DNA from: a bacterium | GTDB lineage: Bacteria; Myxococcota_A; UBA9160; UBA6930 | Assembly (NCBI GenBank): GCA_024228115.1 | Contig: JAAETT010000234.1 | Span: 26,220 to 90,219, forward strand | Reading direction: 5' to 3' | DNA length: 64,000 nt | Shown here: positions 40,232-54,130 of the stretch, piece after piece | How positions within the stretch are numbered: position 1 is the first letter of the stretch | Layout of the letters: every line of letters begins with the position of its first letter | Position numbers and translations under genes: made by a program | The notes under the pieces: model-generated | Seen by the model: the letters and a program-made list of their open reading frames with translations, nothing else | Database searches by the model: none | Told to the model about the DNA's origin: nothing

Positions 40232-42779
40232 ATGTGCATCCCGAAGCTGCGGCACCTCGTCGTCGTTCTCTGCGCAGTGGCCCTTTTGGCCCCCTCTGCC
40301 TCCGAAGCCGGCCGGCCGCGCGCCTCCCATGAGGCCTTCGGACACCAAAGCTACCTGAGCCCCCAGTCGAACCCGATTGCGTTCTCCGAGTGCGCAACCA
40401 GTTCCTGGGTCTTCGCCGTCAGCACCACCAGCAACCGGGTGGACGTGATCAACGCGGCTACGAACACCTGGTCCGATCACGTCCGGGTCGGCATGGACCC
40501 CGTCGCCCTGGCGGTCAAGCCGACGGCAACCTGCGCCGGTCGCGAACTCTGGGTCTCCAACCACATCTCCGACTCGGTCAGCGTGGTCGATATCGACCCG
40601 AGCAGCGCCAGCTTCCTGCAGATCGTCGAAACCATCCAGGAAGTCGATTCCAACGGCGTGAGCCAGTTCGATGAGCCGGTCGGGATCGCGTTCAGCCTGA
40701 ACTCCAACAAGGCCTACGTGGCTCTCTCTTCCCGCAACGATGTTGCCGTGATCGACACCACCACCTACGCCGTGACGTCTCGCCTGCACATCACCAACCA
40801 GGACCCGCGAGCGCTGACGGTTCGTCGCCTGGGACCCAACCAGGGCGACCCGGAACTGCTCTACGTCGCCGCCTTCGAATCGGGCAACCAGACGGAGCTC
40901 TCGCTCTGCGGAAGCGTTTCACCCGGCAGCCAATGCACGATGGACTTCGGACAGTTCGCCGTCAACCTCCTTGCCATTGGCCCCGCCCTTGCCGGCCTTC
41001 CGCATAACATCGTGGTCGACCCGGACGTCCCGGACCGGGATGTCTTCGTCTACAACACCTCCACCGACACCCTGGTTTCGGGAGGCGCGGTCGAGCACGT
41101 CGGCTCACTGCTCTACGGCATCGCGGTCGACAGCTCCGGCAACGCCTTCGTGGCACAGACCGAGGCGCGGAATGCTGCCAATGGCCTCGCCGCCCTGCCG
41201 CCCGAAGGGAATACCGAAGATCTCGTCGACCTCGACAACCGGCTCTTCCTCAACCAGATCGGCACCCTCAGCTGCACGGCGGGCGGCTGCGGATCGCCCG
41301 GGCTGATCGAACTCGAACCGCTTCCCCCCTCCCACCCGACGGCAGGGAACCAGCTCGCCACCCCCTACGGCATCGCCATCAGCGATGACGATTCGACCCT
41401 GGTCATGACCGCCGCCGGATCGAGTCGCGTCTTCACGGTCGACACCAGCAGCGGCACGGCGCTCGACATTGCCGATCTCGGGAGCGGCGCGAGCGAGTTC
41501 CAGCAGATCCCGCGCGGCGTCGTGCTCCGGTCGAATGCCACCACAGGCGCCCCGGAAACGGCCTATGTGCTGAATACGCTCGAAAATACTGTCTCGGTGA
41601 TCGACGTCAGCAATCCCTCGGCCATCTCGACCGGCGGCAGCAAGATCAACGTCGGAGCGGATCCGACGCCCGCCGCAGTTCGCAGGGGACGTATCGCGCT
41701 CAACAACGCCAACGGCTCGACCACCGGCACCTTCTCCTGCGGCAGCTGCCACCCGGATGGCAACACCGACCAGTTGTTGTGGAACCTCGGCGCGCAATGC
41801 ACGTGGACGGCGCTCTGTGCCCAGAAGGAGCCTCGTAGCACCATGCCGATTCGTGGACTCCGCGACACCTTGCCGTTGCATTGGGACGGAGTTCCGGGTG
41901 ATCCCTTCGGTGGACCGAACGGTGAGGTGGGGCTCTCCGGCTCCTCCGGGCCCAACTGTGCCACCGAACATGATTGCTTCCGCGACCTGGTCGACGGTGG
42001 CCTTACCGGCGTGATGTGCGATCAGGCCAGCGGTTGCCCCAGTCCGCAGCTGACGACGGCGGAACGCGACGACATGGCAGACTTTCTTGCAGTCGTTTCC
42101 TACCCGCCGGCGCGTTCGCGGCGGGTCGATGACAGCCTCTCGGTCTCGGCCCTGACCGGTTTCGAGGATTTCTTCATGGATCAGGGGGGCGTTGCAGCAC
42201 CGACGACCTGCGCCGATTCCGACGGGGGCTGCCACGAACTTCCGCTCGGAACCGCGACGGCCTCCGAATCGCTGGGTGGATTCGACTCTCCGACCCAACG
42301 CGGGCTGACGGATCGCTACGTGCAGTTCTCCTCCGGATTCACCAGCACCGAGGAGATCATGCTCGCGTCGAATAGCGGCATCTCGACGCCGCTCTTCGGC
42401 ACGGGCCCGCCGAACGACTTCCCCTACGACCCGGCCGGCGGGCTCGAAGAGGAAACCACGTTCGGCGTCGCCTTCGCGGTCTTCAACCCGGTCTACAACG
42501 TCGATGCCGGAACCATCTTCCAGATGTTCGAAGAGGCCAGCAACGGGCATCCCGGCGCGCTCGGGCGCCAGGTGACGTTGAACAACGTGACGACGATCGA
42601 CCCGCCCGGCCCCTCGCTCTCGCCGGCGGAGGAGGTCCTGGTCGATCTCGAAGCCGCCGACGTCCAGGGCGTGGTGAACCTCCGAGGCTTTGGGATCCGC
42701 TTCGGAATCCAGGACGTTCCCATTTCTCGACAATGGGAAATACCAGGTGGGGCCCAACCAGTTGACCCGAGCGCAGATC
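40232..42779 (+). pseudogene. large secreted beta-propeller (YVTN-like repeats) protein with a CXXCH heme-binding motif; 5' part, truncated by the IS3 insertion
   Basis: Signal peptide MCIPKLRHLVVVLCAVALLAPSASEA. Repeated ...N.V.VID... beta-propeller units (SNRVDVINAATN, SDSVSVVDIDP, RNDVAVIDTTT, ENTVSVIDVSN). FSCGSCHPDGNTDQLLWNL. The track ORF reads into the IS terminal repeat. The last roughly 50-100 nt before the IS are better coded in the +1 frame. Confidence 0.65.
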
Positions 42780-42809
42780 TGAACCGCCCCGGGTTCTCCG
42801 GAGACCCAG

Positions 42810-44039
<1,230 letters not shown>

Positions 44040-44092
44040 GACCCAATCCTCTCAAGGAATCGAGCCTCCGGCAAACCCGGGGCGGTTCAATC

Positions 44093-44512
44093 CTCGCCGA
44101 GGCACAGGTGGGAGATCTACTCGCAACCGTGACAGCCCATCTGCGCGCCGGCGTGAGTGAGAACACACCCCAGCCCCTCGCTTCGGTGCCCGGTGCGAAC
44201 TGCGGAACTGGAGTGGGCACGACCGGGGACCCGGCGCTTCCGGTCCTCTCGGGCAGCGCAACCGAGATGATTCTCGAAACCCTCCACGTCACCACCGCGG
44301 ACCACGTATTCGTGGATGGCCTGCTCGACGGCAGCGCCTCCATCAGCATGCTCGGTGGCACCTCGCTTTGTGAATCAATCGGCGATGACACGGTCGCGAC
44401 CGACCGGGTGTTGGTCGATCTGGGGAGCACACCGTCCAACGGAACCCACCTGCTCCAGATCCAGACCGATCAGGGGCTTCTCTCGAACGAGCTCCCGTTC
44501 GTCGTCCAATAG
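44093..44512 (+). pseudogene. 3' part of the IS-disrupted beta-propeller/CXXCH protein gene
   Basis: The frame of track ORF 44108..44512 is open back to the target duplication (ATC CTC GCC GAG GCA CAG GTG ...). It joins the +1 frame upstream of the IS (…FPFLDNGKYQVGPNQLTRAQI|LAEAQVGDLLATV…). The C-terminal beta-rich domain ends in ...LLSNELPFVVQ. Confidence 0.6.
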
Positions 44513-44530
44513 CCTGGATCGTCGGCCGGT

Positions 44531-44556
44531 GGTCGGGGGAACCGCCTCCCCCGACC
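44531..44556. terminator. GC-rich hairpin between convergent genes (possible bidirectional terminator)
   Basis: GGTCGGGGGA-ACCGCC-TCCCCCGACC forms a perfect 10-bp stem, extendable with a bulge to 44523..44564. No U-tract. Confidence 0.35.
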
Positions 44557-44583
44557 GGCCGGTGGCCGGGGCAATCACCCAGG

Positions 44584-46152
44584 CTACGGGCAGTGAAGGG
44601 ACAGGCGAAGGATCCGCTCCTCCACCTCACTCCCGCGGAATCGGCGTTGCCCCAACAAGAGGGTCCTGGCATCTCGCGATAGGCTGATTCCGGTCGGCAC
44701 TCCCCAACTCCCGAGTTCGCCGAGTTCCAGAGCCACACGCTCTCCACCGACTTCACCGAACTCGACGCCGGTGCCGTCGAAGAGCGGCCGGTCGAGTTCC
44801 TCACGGTCGGCAGCTGCGGCCAACAGGAAACCGAGCTGGCCCGGAAGCAGTCCGAGGGTCCGACTCCGCCGGGTCGTAGCAAGCGCCAGGAAGGAACCAT
44901 CCCCGTTGAACGAAGCGCCCCCTGCCCAGACGACCTCAGACCCGAGGGATTTCTCCTCTCCGGTGGTCAGATCAAGGGCGAGAGCCTTCAGCGGCCGGTA
45001 GGGATTGCCGCGCGCCAGCAGGAACGTGCGCGCATCGGGCGACCAGGCCAGCGGCACCACCCATTGGGAGCCACCAGACACGATCACCTCGGCTTCCCCC
45101 AACTGGAGTCCCCCGTGGCCGGTCCGGACGGTCGTCGTCACCAGCGCGTAGCCATCCTTCGTCTCGCGAGACCAGAGAAGCCGACCCGACGCCGGACCGA
45201 TCCAGGCGTGGTCATCGGAGCCCGGGTGATCCGTGAGCCTGCGCGAACCGGTACGCGGCACCTCGCCCTCTGTTCCGATGGCATGCAGCTCCGTGTTGCG
45301 AGGGTGCCTCCAACTGGCGTGTCGATCGGTGGCGAACACCATCCCAGTGCCGCTGTGCGCCAGGGCCGGGCGAACATTGTTCCCCGCTTCGCCGCAGGTC
45401 CAGCAACGCGAACGCCCCGAGGCGAGATCGAGCCAGAAGATCTGGCGGCCCCCCGCCTCGGTCGCCGCGTCGAACCAGATCCGCTTCTCTTCCGGGTCGA
45501 AGCGCGGGTGCGCTCCGCTCCCGGGAAGGATTTCGAAGCCGGCGAGTTCGCCCTTGCAGCGCGGCGCGGGAAGCATCTCCAGCCGGGCATCGACGTCGAA
45601 GACCTCGGATACCATCGCGGCCGAGGGGGGCGGTGCAGCGGGCGTAGAGGCCGCTCCCAACCCGGCAAGCAGGACGATGCCTAACGTACCCCCCAGCGCG
45701 GCAGCGGCCCCCTTCCCGAGTTGACGGAGGAGGCCCGGACCGGGGCCGTCCCGGCGCGCCGCTCGAAACAGGCCAACGAAGACGAGCAGCAGGACGAGCA
45801 AGAGGAGAACCGTCGCACTCGGCGCAAGCTCCACCAGACTCGCAAAGCAGGCGGGCAGTGCAGCCAGCCCCAGGACCGCGCCATCGGCCAGGTGGCGCAT
45901 CCGCAGAGGGCCCTCCCCGGTCCGCCGGGCGATCAGGGAGAGCAGCACGACGAGCAGAAGGCCGCCTGCCAACGCTCCGGCAGCGATCCAAGCCGGCGAA
46001 GGAGCTTCGGCCACCGCCAGGATCGCCAACGCTCCGACCGGGAGACCCGCGAACCCACTGCAAAGCCGCCAGATCAAGAGCAACACCTCCGCAAAGGCCG
46101 GAAGAATACGGGACCTTCGTGGCTTCGCCCGCTGGGACCGTCTTCCGAACAC
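44584..46152 (-). CDS. membrane-anchored TolB-like (PD40/WD40-like beta-propeller) protein, unknown function
   Basis: Four or so N-terminal hydrophobic helices, then repeats of the type LAWSPDARTFLLA and ASFNGDGSFLALA. Confidence 0.5.
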   Translation of the reverse strand: MFGRRSQRAKPRRSRILPAFAEVLLLIWRLCSGFAGLPVGALAILAVAEAPSPAWIAAGALAGGLLLVVLLSLIARRTGEGPLRMRHLADGAVLGLAALPACFASLVELAPSATVLLLLVLLLVFVGLFRAARRDGPGPGLLRQLGKGAAAALGGTLGIVLLAGLGAASTPAAPPPSAAMVSEVFDVDARLEMLPAPRCKGELAGFEILPGSGAHPRFDPEEKRIWFDAATEAGGRQIFWLDLASGRSRCWTCGEAGNNVRPALAHSGTGMVFATDRHASWRHPRNTELHAIGTEGEVPRTGSRRLTDHPGSDDHAWIGPASGRLLWSRETKDGYALVTTTVRTGHGGLQLGEAEVIVSGGSQWVVPLAWSPDARTFLLARGNPYRPLKALALDLTTGEEKSLGSEVVWAGGASFNGDGSFLALATTRRSRTLGLLPGQLGFLLAAAADREELDRPLFDGTGVEFGEVGGERVALELGELGSWGVPTGISLSRDARTLLLGQRRFRGSEVEERILRLSLHCP

Positions 46153-46188
46153 GCCCCAGCCACTTCCCGATCAGCAGCCGGGAACGAT

Positions 46189-46758
46189 TCACCTATCGGG
46201 AGCGTCGGGGACGAACACCAGCTTGGCATGAATCTCCCCGATGCGATCGCCGAGTTCAGTCTCGATGCGAAGGGCGGAGAGATCACCAGCCTCGAGAAGG
46301 AGGTTCGCGAAAGCCGTCTCTGCGTCGTGAAGAACCAGTTCCGGAACCGAAGGGACGACGACCGTTCCGGTGGTTTCGCCGATCGATGAGGCCACGTGGG
46401 AAACCAGGATGTTGCCCAACTCGCGCAGGGCCGACTCAGCCATCTCAGCGTCCGGAGATCGGCTGCCGACCAGCAGCCGGATCAGGAGATCCCGAACCTC
46501 ACCGGGGAAGATCAAGGCGATGCGACCTCCGGGCCCACCCTGGAGCTCGAAGAAGACGCCCATCGGATCGTCTCGTTGGGCGTCTCCCACGGGAGCGGAT
46601 GCGGTGTCGACCGCCAGGACCGTCGGTACATGCATCGCACACGGCCGTCCGACCATCGCGGCCAGGGCGTTGGCGGCGTGGCCCGCCCCGATACTGGTCA
46701 GCTCGCGAAAACGATCCACCTGGGCTTCGTCGAGCCCTCGCGTCGTGAGTCCGGTCAT
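46189..46758 (-). CDS. CheC-like chemotaxis phosphatase family protein
   Basis: DRFRELTSIGAGHAANALAAMVG and ESALRELGNILVSHVASS motifs (CheC/CheX/FliY type). 4-nt overlap with cheA. Confidence 0.7.
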   Translation of the reverse strand: MTGLTTRGLDEAQVDRFRELTSIGAGHAANALAAMVGRPCAMHVPTVLAVDTASAPVGDAQRDDPMGVFFELQGGPGGRIALIFPGEVRDLLIRLLVGSRSPDAEMAESALRELGNILVSHVASSIGETTGTVVVPSVPELVLHDAETAFANLLLEAGDLSALRIETELGDRIGEIHAKLVFVPDAPDR

Positions 46759-48457
46759 GCCAGCTGATTCACATCGAGAAGGAAGATCGGTGTGCCGTCT
46801 GCCAGCACGGTGAGCCCAGCGAGCATACGTGCGCTGGTCAAGAGCCTGGGCACGGGCTTGACGTAGATCTCCTGCTGGCCGGCAAGGTGCTCCACCAGCA
46901 GGCCAACCCGTTCACCACGAACCTGGGCCAGCACGAGCGGAATGGCCCCACGATCCCGGCTTCGGGAGAAGCCGATGCGCCGCGCCAGATCCAGGACCAA
47001 CACCGGCTCGTCATCGACCAGACAGAACTGCTCGTTGCCGGCTTGCTCGATGGCTTCACCGTCCACTTCGACCACGCGTTCAACCTTGGAGATCGGAACG
47101 GCGACGATCTCCGGGCCGAGGCCCATCAACAAGACGCGCTGAACGGCGGCCGTGATGGGAACGATGAGGCATGTGGTCGTTCCCAGCCCGGGACGGGAGT
47201 GCAACTCGACGCGGCCGCCCAGGGATTCGATGGTCGCCTTGACCGCGTCCATTCCGACGCCCCGGCCCGAGACCTTCGAGACTTCGACCGCCGTACTGAC
47301 CCCGGGGCGGAAGACGAGCGCTGCGATCTCGTCAGCCGGGAGGTCGTCGGCCAGATCCTCGTGTAGAACACCGGCGGCGATGGCCCGTTGCTTCACGGAA
47401 GCCAGGTCGATCCCACGACCATCGTCCGCCACCGAGATCAGCACCTGATCCTTTTCCCGGCGTGCCTCGACCACGACACGGCCAGCCGGTGCCTTGCCCG
47501 CTTCGCGGCGAACCTCCGGCATCTCCAGGCCGTGATCGACCGCATTGCGAACCAGATGAACGAGGGGATCCCCCAGCCGATCGAGGATCGCGCGGTCGAG
47601 TTCGAGCTCCGCGCCGCGGAGTTCGAGCTCGAGCTCTTTGCCCGCAGCGCGGGCGATGTCCCGCGCCATGCGGGGGAGCGCGTCGAGTACTCGGAGCAGC
47701 GGAGCGGTGCGCAGTGAGAGCGCGCGCCTCTTCAGGTCACCTACGACCCGCTCCATCCGGTCGAAGCCCGCGTCGAGGCCGGGAGAGATCGCTCCGTTCG
47801 TTCCCTCGGCGGTTCCGCGCAGATGGCTCGAGCTGAGGATCACCTCGCCCACCGAGGCGAGGAAACGATCCAGGGTTTCGGTTCGAACCCGCACCGACGG
47901 CGGTGAAGCACTGGAAATAGGGATGCTGGGCGCACCTGCCGCAGCTCCCGCCCCGGCCTCGGGTGCTACGACATCGCCGCTTTTTTTGGGTCTGGTTCCC
48001 GAGACCGCGACGAACCCGGATCTCCGGAATGCGGGGCTTCGGAGCGCGGATCCGCCGGCTGCGGATCCACGGGTTGCGCATCGCACTCACCCTTGAGGCG
48101 ACTCAGGAGCTCGGAATCCGGCGCTGAAGCCTCGCCGTTGGCGCGCACTGCGGCCACCATCGTCTCGAGGCCTTCGAGGCCCGCGAAGAGCAGAGCCATG
48201 CCGCCCTCGCCGGCCGGCACGACTCCCGCCGCCCGAAAGCGCTCCATCGTGTCTTCGAGCCTATGAGAAAGCTCTGTGATGGCGTCGTAGCCGAGAGATC
48301 CCGCCATGCCCTTGATCGAGTGGGCCATGCGGAAGGCCTCGTCGATGGCCTCGGCCGCATCCGGCCGCTTCTCGAGCACGAGGAGCGCTCGACTCATCTC
48401 TGCGAGGTGATCCGTCGCCTCTTCGAGAAAGAGGGCCCTGTACTTGGCGAGATCCAA
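46755..48457 (-). CDS. cheA: chemotaxis histidine kinase CheA, split by a -1 frame change at an A7 run
   Basis: The HPt domain (TTG 48457, MDLAKYRALFLEEATDHL...FRMAHSIKGMAGSLG) is in frame 0 and ends at TAG 47966..47968. The dimerisation, kinase and CheW-like domains (HLVRNAVDHGLE, DDGRGID, GRGVGMD) are in the -1 frame to stop 46755. The frames meet at A AAA AAA (47987..47981 on the minus strand). Confidence 0.8.
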
Positions 48458-48459
48458 GC

Positions 48460-48828
48460 TCAGTCTTCCTTCTCGAGCACCTTGCCGAGCGTCGTGAGCA
48501 CTGCGTCGGGCTTGAAGGGCTTCACGATGAAGTCCTTGGCACCCGCCTCGATCGCCTCCATGACCAGCATCTCCTGGCCGAGGGCGCTGCACATCACCAC
48601 CGTGGCGCCCGGGTCCTCGACCTTGATGGCCTTCACCGCATCGATACCGGAACGTTTCGGCATCACGATGTCCATCATCACGAGATCGGGGCGGAGGTCC
48701 AGGAACTGGTCGATGACTTCGACTCCGTCCGCAGCCTCGCCCACCACCTCATAGCCTTCGGGCTCGATGATGTCTCGGATCATCTGCCGCATGAAGGACG
48801 CATCATCGGCAATCAGGATTCTCTTCAT
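48460..48828 (-). CDS. cheY: chemotaxis response regulator CheY
   Basis: [27 protein letters not shown] and DFIVKPFK motifs. Confidence 0.9.
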   Translation of the reverse strand: MKRILIADDASFMRQMIRDIIEPEGYEVVGEAADGVEVIDQFLDLRPDLVMMDIVMPKRSGIDAVKAIKVEDPGATVVMCSALGQEMLVMEAIEAGAKDFIVKPFKPDAVLTTLGKVLEKED

Positions 48829-49325
48829 ATTGATTCCCCGTGGGTTGGTTCCGCAGCGCCATTCGCCACCGAACGCGAGATCACTTCCGTTGCTCGTTCG
48901 AGCAGACGCTTCGGATCGAGCAGGCTGACCATGCGACCCGCGAGGGGCCTTCGCTCTGCGATGGGTTCCGCATCGAGCGCGTGGGCCGCCGGGCCGTCGA
49001 TCAGGCCTACGATCTTGTCGACCGGCACGCCGTAGCGATTGGGATCGTCGGGATCCCTGGCCAGGATCAAGAGCGGTCGAACCTCGGCATACTGAGGTCG
49101 TTCTGTCTGGAGAAGCGCGTCGCCGAAAACGATCGGCACGGCATCTCCGTGGTAGTTCACGACACCGCCAACCTTGTGGTGCACCATGGGAACCGACGCG
49201 AGCTGATGGAGTTCGGTCACTTCGACCACGTCGGCAATCGGCACCGCGTAGAGTGCGTTGCAGAGTTCGAAGGCCAGCAGGCGGTCTCCGAACTCGTCGA
49301 GGGATGCGGAAGCGGGCTCGCTCAT
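48825..49325 (-). CDS. cheW: chemotaxis coupling protein CheW
   Basis: 166-aa CheW-like fold ([21 protein letters not shown]...[15 protein letters not shown]). 4-nt overlaps on both sides. Confidence 0.85.
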   Translation of the reverse strand: MSEPASASLDEFGDRLLAFELCNALYAVPIADVVEVTELHQLASVPMVHHKVGGVVNYHGDAVPIVFGDALLQTERPQYAEVRPLLILARDPDDPNRYGVPVDKIVGLIDGPAAHALDAEPIAERRPLAGRMVSLLDPKRLLERATEVISRSVANGAAEPTHGESI

Positions 49326-50593
49326 CCCTCCTCCGTCGCTGTGCCGGTTTCGAACCGGCCTACCATCTCGGCCAGATCGCCGGAAAGCTCCGCCAGAGAG
49401 CCGGACGCCCCTGTCATCTCGGCCACCGCCTCTTGCTGCTGCCGCGCCAGTTCGGCCACTTCCTCGACAGCCGAAGCGTTTACCAGGGAAACCTTCGCCA
49501 CTTCGTCCATGGATTGCACCATGGTTTCCGCATCGCGGGCCTGGTCGTCGGCCTCCTGGAAGATTTCCTCCGCACGCCCTGCCGCCTCACCGACCGCAGA
49601 GCGGATCTGCTCCAGGGAGGCTGCGATGGTATTCACGTCCTCGCGCCCCTCGGAAATCATCTGCCCGGATTCGCGCATTTCGTCGGCCACGCTCTGGGTA
49701 TCAGCCTCGATCTCTCCGACGAGCTTCGAGATCTCGTCGGCGCTGCGTGCCGCACTCTCCGCGAGCTTTCGGATCTCGTCTGCAACCACCGCGAATCCAC
49801 GTCCAGCCTCGCCGGCCCGTGCGGCCTCGATGGACGCGTTCAGCGAGAGAAGGTTCGTGCGCGAGGCCACACTGGTGATCATCTCGGTGATCTGGTGGAC
49901 GTGGCGCGTCTTCGCTTCGAGTTGGAAGACGTTGCCACCCGCTTGCTCGACGCGTTCGAACACGCTGCGCATCTTCTCGATGGCGAGGCGCGATACATCG
50001 ACGCCAGCGTTGGCTTTCTGGTTGGCCTCCGCGGCGAAACCGAACGCTTCCCGAGCGCGAGAGGCATTCACCTCGATGGCCGAGGCGATGTCGTTGATCA
50101 AACGGGTGACGTCGCCGATCAACACCTGCTGTTGAGTCGCTCCCTTGGAGATCTCGGAGAGCGTGCTCGTCGTATCCTCTGCAGAGGTATGCACGCCGCT
50201 GACCGCACCTCGCAGGGTGTCGACACCGTGATCGACCTGCTCTGCGTTGCGCTGGATTCCGGCCATCACCTCGCGCAGGCGCTGGACGGCCCCCGCCATG
50301 TTGCGGGCAAGCTCACTGCTCTCGTCGGGGAACCGGCCCACGGTGACGGGCAGTCCCTCCCGAAGGTCTCCGTCCAGGATCCGCTCTGAGAGTTCCAGCA
50401 CCGGGCGATAGCCCCCGGCAATGCGCGCCGAGATGGCCCAGGCCAGGATGCCACCCGCACCCAGGGCCAGGAACGGCCGGGCCCAGGCGGCCATGGGCAC
50501 ACCCCACTGCTCGAGCAGCCACGGGATGAGCAGCACGACGCAGGCGACCAGCACCGAACCAATCGCAAATTTGTGGGACAGGGAGAGCCTCAC
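49322..50593 (-). CDS. methyl-accepting chemotaxis protein (two TM helices, almost no periplasmic domain, HAMP)
   Basis: Highly conserved signalling hairpin [35 protein letters not shown]. Confidence 0.9.
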   Translation of the reverse strand: MRLSLSHKFAIGSVLVACVVLLIPWLLEQWGVPMAAWARPFLALGAGGILAWAISARIAGGYRPVLELSERILDGDLREGLPVTVGRFPDESSELARNMAGAVQRLREVMAGIQRNAEQVDHGVDTLRGAVSGVHTSAEDTTSTLSEISKGATQQQVLIGDVTRLINDIASAIEVNASRAREAFGFAAEANQKANAGVDVSRLAIEKMRSVFERVEQAGGNVFQLEAKTRHVHQITEMITSVASRTNLLSLNASIEAARAGEAGRGFAVVADEIRKLAESAARSADEISKLVGEIEADTQSVADEMRESGQMISEGREDVNTIAASLEQIRSAVGEAAGRAEEIFQEADDQARDAETMVQSMDEVAKVSLVNASAVEEVAELARQQQEAVAEMTGASGSLAELSGDLAEMVGRFETGTATEEG

Positions 50594-50677
50594 ACCCCCG
50601 GGTATCGGCGCCCCCGGACGCTTTCTTGATGCGCCGCCGGTGTGAACACCCGAGTGCGAGTAGATCGCAGGCGGCCC

Positions 50678-51631
50678 TCAGAAGTGCCTCCAACCCCCCG
50701 TTTCAGGCCCACCGTCCGCTTCCCAGCCCTGGCCCCCCACCAGCTCGAGACCCCCTCGGGCCAGGACACCGACCGGCGACAGCGAGGTCCTGGAGCGCAG
50801 CTCAGGCGGGAGATCGATGGGAGCGGAACCCCGCACGCTGAAGAGCAGTTCGTAGTCCTCACCACCGGAGAGCAGAAGATCTTCAGGGTCGCGCTTCACA
50901 CGCTGGCAGGCGGCCTCGAAACCAGGAGGTCGCGGAAGCGCGGAGACGCGCAGGCGCGCCCCGACATCGGAGGCCCGGCATAGATGCGCCAGATCCGCGA
51001 GGACACCGTCGGAGATGTCGATGCAAGCGCTGACCCGGCCGGTCCAGGCAAGCGCCCGGCCCAAGGCGATGCGGGGCTCGGGCACATGCCTGACCCGCCC
51101 CCTCGCTCGCTCCAACGCGCTTTGACCCAGGGGCCCGGAAAGGAAGAGGCGATCCCCGGGCCGGCCTCCGGCGCGCTGCAACGCACGGCCCCGGGTAACA
51201 GCGCCTAGCGCCGTCGCATGCAGCTCGAAGCCCTTCGACGCCGTGACGTTTCCGCCAACGAGTGGACACGCGTATTCGGCCGCCACATCCAGGCCACCCT
51301 TGACGACCGCGAGCACGACATCCGCGTCGCGGCTCGGTGCGACGGAGAGTGACAGGGTGAAGCCGAGCGGCCGCGCACCCATTGCGGCCAGATCCGAGAG
51401 CGTGGCAGCCAGGGCGCGGCGACCAGCGGTACGTGGAGATTCGTGATCGAAGCGAAAATGAACGCCTTCGACGAAAGCGTCACTCGTCACGGCAACATCT
51501 TCGCCCGTCTTGGCTCGCAGCAACGCGGCATCGTCACCAATGCCGAGGGCGACCCCGGCACCCTGGATACGCCTGGCCTCGCGCTCGATGCGCTGGATCA
51601 GTCCGAACTCTCCCAGCTGCCGGAGCTTCAC
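50678..51631 (-). CDS. thiL: thiamine-monophosphate kinase
   Basis: Start trimmed to GTG 51631 (VKLRQLGEFGLIQRI). LGIGDDAALL, SDLAAMGARP and GGEDYELLF motifs. Confidence 0.85.
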   Translation of the reverse strand: MKLRQLGEFGLIQRIEREARRIQGAGVALGIGDDAALLRAKTGEDVAVTSDAFVEGVHFRFDHESPRTAGRRALAATLSDLAAMGARPLGFTLSLSVAPSRDADVVLAVVKGGLDVAAEYACPLVGGNVTASKGFELHATALGAVTRGRALQRAGGRPGDRLFLSGPLGQSALERARGRVRHVPEPRIALGRALAWTGRVSACIDISDGVLADLAHLCRASDVGARLRVSALPRPPGFEAACQRVKRDPEDLLLSGGEDYELLFSVRGSAPIDLPPELRSRTSLSPVGVLARGGLELVGGQGWEADGGPETGGWRHF

Positions 51632-51674
51632 ATCCCGAGTGTAGGGCGCAGACGCGCTGGATGGGATTCGGGCG

Positions 51675-54098
<2,424 letters not shown>

Positions 54099-54130
54099 CC
54101 CGGTGCGTTTCGACGCTTCGGGGAAGACGC

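Noticed and set aside
47981-47987. Treating the in-phase position of the A7 and G8 runs as statistical support for programmed frameshifting
   Set aside because: A 7-mer is correctly phased by chance in about one of three cases, and an 8-mer in about two of three. The phasing alone does not separate recoding from sequencing error.
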